DNA from: Marsupella aquatica
Lineage: Eukaryota; Plantae; Marchantiophyta
Direction: 5' to 3'
Assembly: GCA_973895155.1 (NCBI GenBank)
Contig: OZ316894.1
Span: 7,526,234 to 7,590,233, forward strand
DNA: 64,000 nt
This document shows, in pieces, positions 61,411-64,000 of this stretch (its first letter is position 1; each line of letters opens with the position of its first letter). The translations under genes were made by a program, and so were the position numbers. The notes beneath the pieces were generated by a model, which saw nothing but the letters and a program-made list of their open reading frames with translations, ran no database searches and was not told the origin of the DNA.

Positions 61411-61467
61411 CTTGTTGCCACATTTGCTAGGTATGATGAGGACCTCCATTTGCGGTAGTTTTCGTTC

Positions 61468-61557
61468 CTCTTTCTTGGTTTTTAGGGGTTTCCTTTTGCT
61501 CACTTCTTTTAGTTTCTCTTTCTTGGTTTTTAGGGTTTCCTTTTGCTCACTTCTTTT
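61468..61557 (+). repeat. Tandem duplication of about 48 bp in the retrotransposon 3'UTR containing TTTAGGG
   Basis: ctctttcttggtttttaggg(g)tttccttttgctcacttctttt occurs twice. Confidence 0.85.
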
Positions 61558-64000
61558 GCGTTTGGTTTTGTCCACTTGGGACCTCTCTTGTTTATTCCTT
61601 TGTACTCTATTTGGCCTATTTCTGTAAAAAGTATGTGTATATTTGGTAAAATAAAAAATAAAAATAAAAATAAAAATGGTGGAGTTCTTTGCTGTGATCT
61701 TTCACATTAAAAGATTTAAATTTGAATCTGCAACGTTTATTCCGGGGAACCTTCAAAAGTGTTTTCTACCTGCAAGAGTACTGTAGATGCTCCCTTTATA
61801 CATTATGTTACTAGTGCTTTAGTGTACCAAAAAAGTCCCTTGTGTGACTCTTGGGGTATCATTATATGGAGGCGGGCCTCCTCATCACCTGTAACTTTTT
61901 GAGGCATCAGACCCCCTAAAATATAATAAAATAAATTATTTTTTTGCCCCATTCTTTGAATATTCCAAAATTTTGATTGAAAAGACTCTAATATTATTAA
62001 AAGTCTCAATATTGGATTTAAAAGACACTAATGTTCTTCCAAAAATTATAAAGTATTCACTTAAAACTAATAAAATAACCTTATGTTTTGTCACACATGA
62101 TGTCACACATGATGTCTTGATTTGTGGAAGTGAATCCCCCCAAGGTGTGATTGGTATGTAGGCATGTGGTATGATACATTCTGGTGGTTCATTGTGTGAT
62201 GGCAAGGTCACTTGTTTGCTTCTAGCTACCCTAGTCTATTTGGTTCTTTGGCTTTCTGGGTTTTCCCCTTGTTTTCTCCTCTTTATTGGGTCTCTTGCCT
62301 TTGGGATCCTATCTGGCTATTTGATTTGGCCCTTAAGTTTGGTATTGCAAATAAAAAAAGCAACAACATATGGTGTATTGGCTAAGTGGCAAATGCCTGT
62401 GCACATTGAGCTTATTTACCATACCACGTTAAGCTTGTTTTCCATACCGTCAACAAACCCAATAAACTATTCTTTTATATCATGCAGTTCAGTGAGTGTT
62501 CTTCCTTCTATGTACCCAGCTCTTGCTGCTTTTTGAATTTTGATGGGCCGGTACCATGACACCTTTTCGTTCGTAGGCATATATGTGGGTTGATCTGCCT
62601 CATCAATCATGCACAATGGCATCTCATCATGACGGTGCCGGTCTCATACTGGCTGAAGAGAAAGTTACCGTCTCAGCCTCTCAGGTCATCAGGTGTGTAT
62701 AGTCACGTAGGGGCGGCTAATAAGTTAGAGTAAAGATCTGAAAAGTTGGTCAATGATTGAGAGTCGAGAGCAGTGTATTCGTGTTGGGCTCTTTGACTTC
62801 CTTCTTACGAGGATTCGGAATGAATTTGTTAACAAATCAAAGCGCTGCAGAATGTGTGTGCAACGAGTACACTCAACAGGTGAAGCTGAGTGCACTTCAT
62901 CTGAAGTCAATCCCCACCTCCTCGTGACGAACTTTAGCTGCTTGAGTACTCCACTCTCGCTCTCACCTGGAAGAATCATGAGCCTTATCCCAACTCAATT
63001 TGAGCAATGTGCTGTACTTGCAGGAGACGTGGGGTCCAAATTCCGTGTTCTCCATTTTGCCATTCTTCCATTTCGCAATTAAGGAGGACTTTACAAGAAG
63101 TCCGGGGCACTTGGGAGTTTTTTTCACCAAAGCAAACTGGAGGGCCATTGCAGACACTAGTGTCCAGGGGCTAAAAGCATTTTTTGAATCCTTTTATTGC
63201 CCCAAAGGTCTTGTAAAGCCAAGAGCAGCCAATGGTGCCAAATTAATTTACTAAAAGATGGATTGAGGACCCACTCCACCTGAATGTCACCTAACCTTTG
63301 ACGAAAGTCTTTCTACATGTGAAAAGAGAAGATGTTATCAAGGACTTGTGGGTCCCTTTTTCATGCAAATGACTTAAAGTAGAAATGGACCAAGAGGCCA
63401 TAAGACAAGACCACCAAGAGAGGTGGTCTAAATTCTAGGACAAAAGAGTGCTCCACATAAGCAAATATTGGGCCCACTACATTCCATGTAGGATTGGTAA
63501 CAGGTTAGGTTGAAAGTGCCTCCAACGTTTTGTAAAGTGAACAGCAGCAGTTTCTCCCAAATGGATGGCCCTGATCATATCTTGGAGTAAAAAAAAAGTG
63601 GAAACTGCCCCAAACGTCTTGTAAAGCCACCCTAAGTTCCAGCCGTTGTTGAGCTGAGAACCTTACTTCTGCAAGACCTGAATATTCTGATTTAATCTAT
63701 CTCATCCATTTCTTTCTGTGAGTTGAAAAGCTCAGATTGTGAGGGTTTAGCCTCTTTTGCCTACTGTAGTTGCTTTAGGTGTTTGTTGGATACAAGGCAG
63801 CTTAATATTCAAGTTTTTCACCAAGGTCGGCTAATGCTATTGTGACTGAGAATATGCTAGGAATATTTATTTTCTAGTTTTCCTGGATTAATTTCTGACC
63901 ATAAGATCTCCCTAAATTTAAGGCAACCGTCAGATTCTGTCCAATGGGGTATGTGGCAAAGGTGGGAAAACTGGATAATGAGGACAAAAAACTTAGCTAA

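Larger units (their letters stand above)
57030..61676 (+). mobile_element. Near full-length CRE-like (RLE-type) non-LTR retrotransposon
   Basis: About 1 kb of 5'UTR after a (TC)n tract, then a Pro-rich and zinc-finger N-terminus, RT, CCHC knuckle, restriction-like endonuclease, T-rich 3'UTR and an (A4-6T)n tail at about 61647-61676. The 5' boundary is approximate and no TSD was found. Confidence 0.8.

Noticed and set aside
56600-61681. aaaaatggtg at about 56601 and 61672 as a possible TSD of the retrotransposon
   Set aside because: Low-complexity 10-mer overlapping the A-rich tail, and about 400 bp from the apparent compositional 5' boundary.
63000-63700. Possible minus-strand LINE relic (Trp-rich fragments)
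   Set aside because: No continuous recognisable motif, so it cannot be supported by eye.

Overview
Eukaryotic land-plant DNA, probably from a bryophyte and most like a liverwort (inferred from the CLE motif and TE types). The window holds (i) a 16-exon Enhancer-of-zeste/CURLY LEAF-family PRC2 H3K27 methyltransferase gene (4870-13817, about 1,270 aa) with a greatly enlarged linker exon carrying repeated H3-tail-like KKLARS(ARK) motifs; (ii) repeat-rich intergenic DNA; (iii) a complete 18.6-kb CACTA (En/Spm) transposon (25950-44569; TIRs CACTAGAAGAA(A/T)CCG, CAT target-site duplication) with intact Tnp2 and TnpA-like genes; (iv) an R-type CLE peptide gene (52854-53207); (v) a near full-length CRE-like RT+RLE non-LTR retrotransposon (about 57030-61676) and a truncated relic of a related family. 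The most interesting object is the CACTA element. Upstream of its transposase it carries three intact same-strand cargo ORFs that look like stripped host interaction modules: an EDM2-type triple-PHD chromatin reader with an H3-like N-terminus, a second divergent PHD-like finger, and a tandem BRCT protein resembling the DNA polymerase lambda BRCT. Its TnpA-like protein also has a GW/WG-rich (Argonaute-hook-like) segment. Together these suggest a possible transposon-encoded counter-silencing and repair-modulating kit. All family assignments are by motif recognition from memory; no database search was run.
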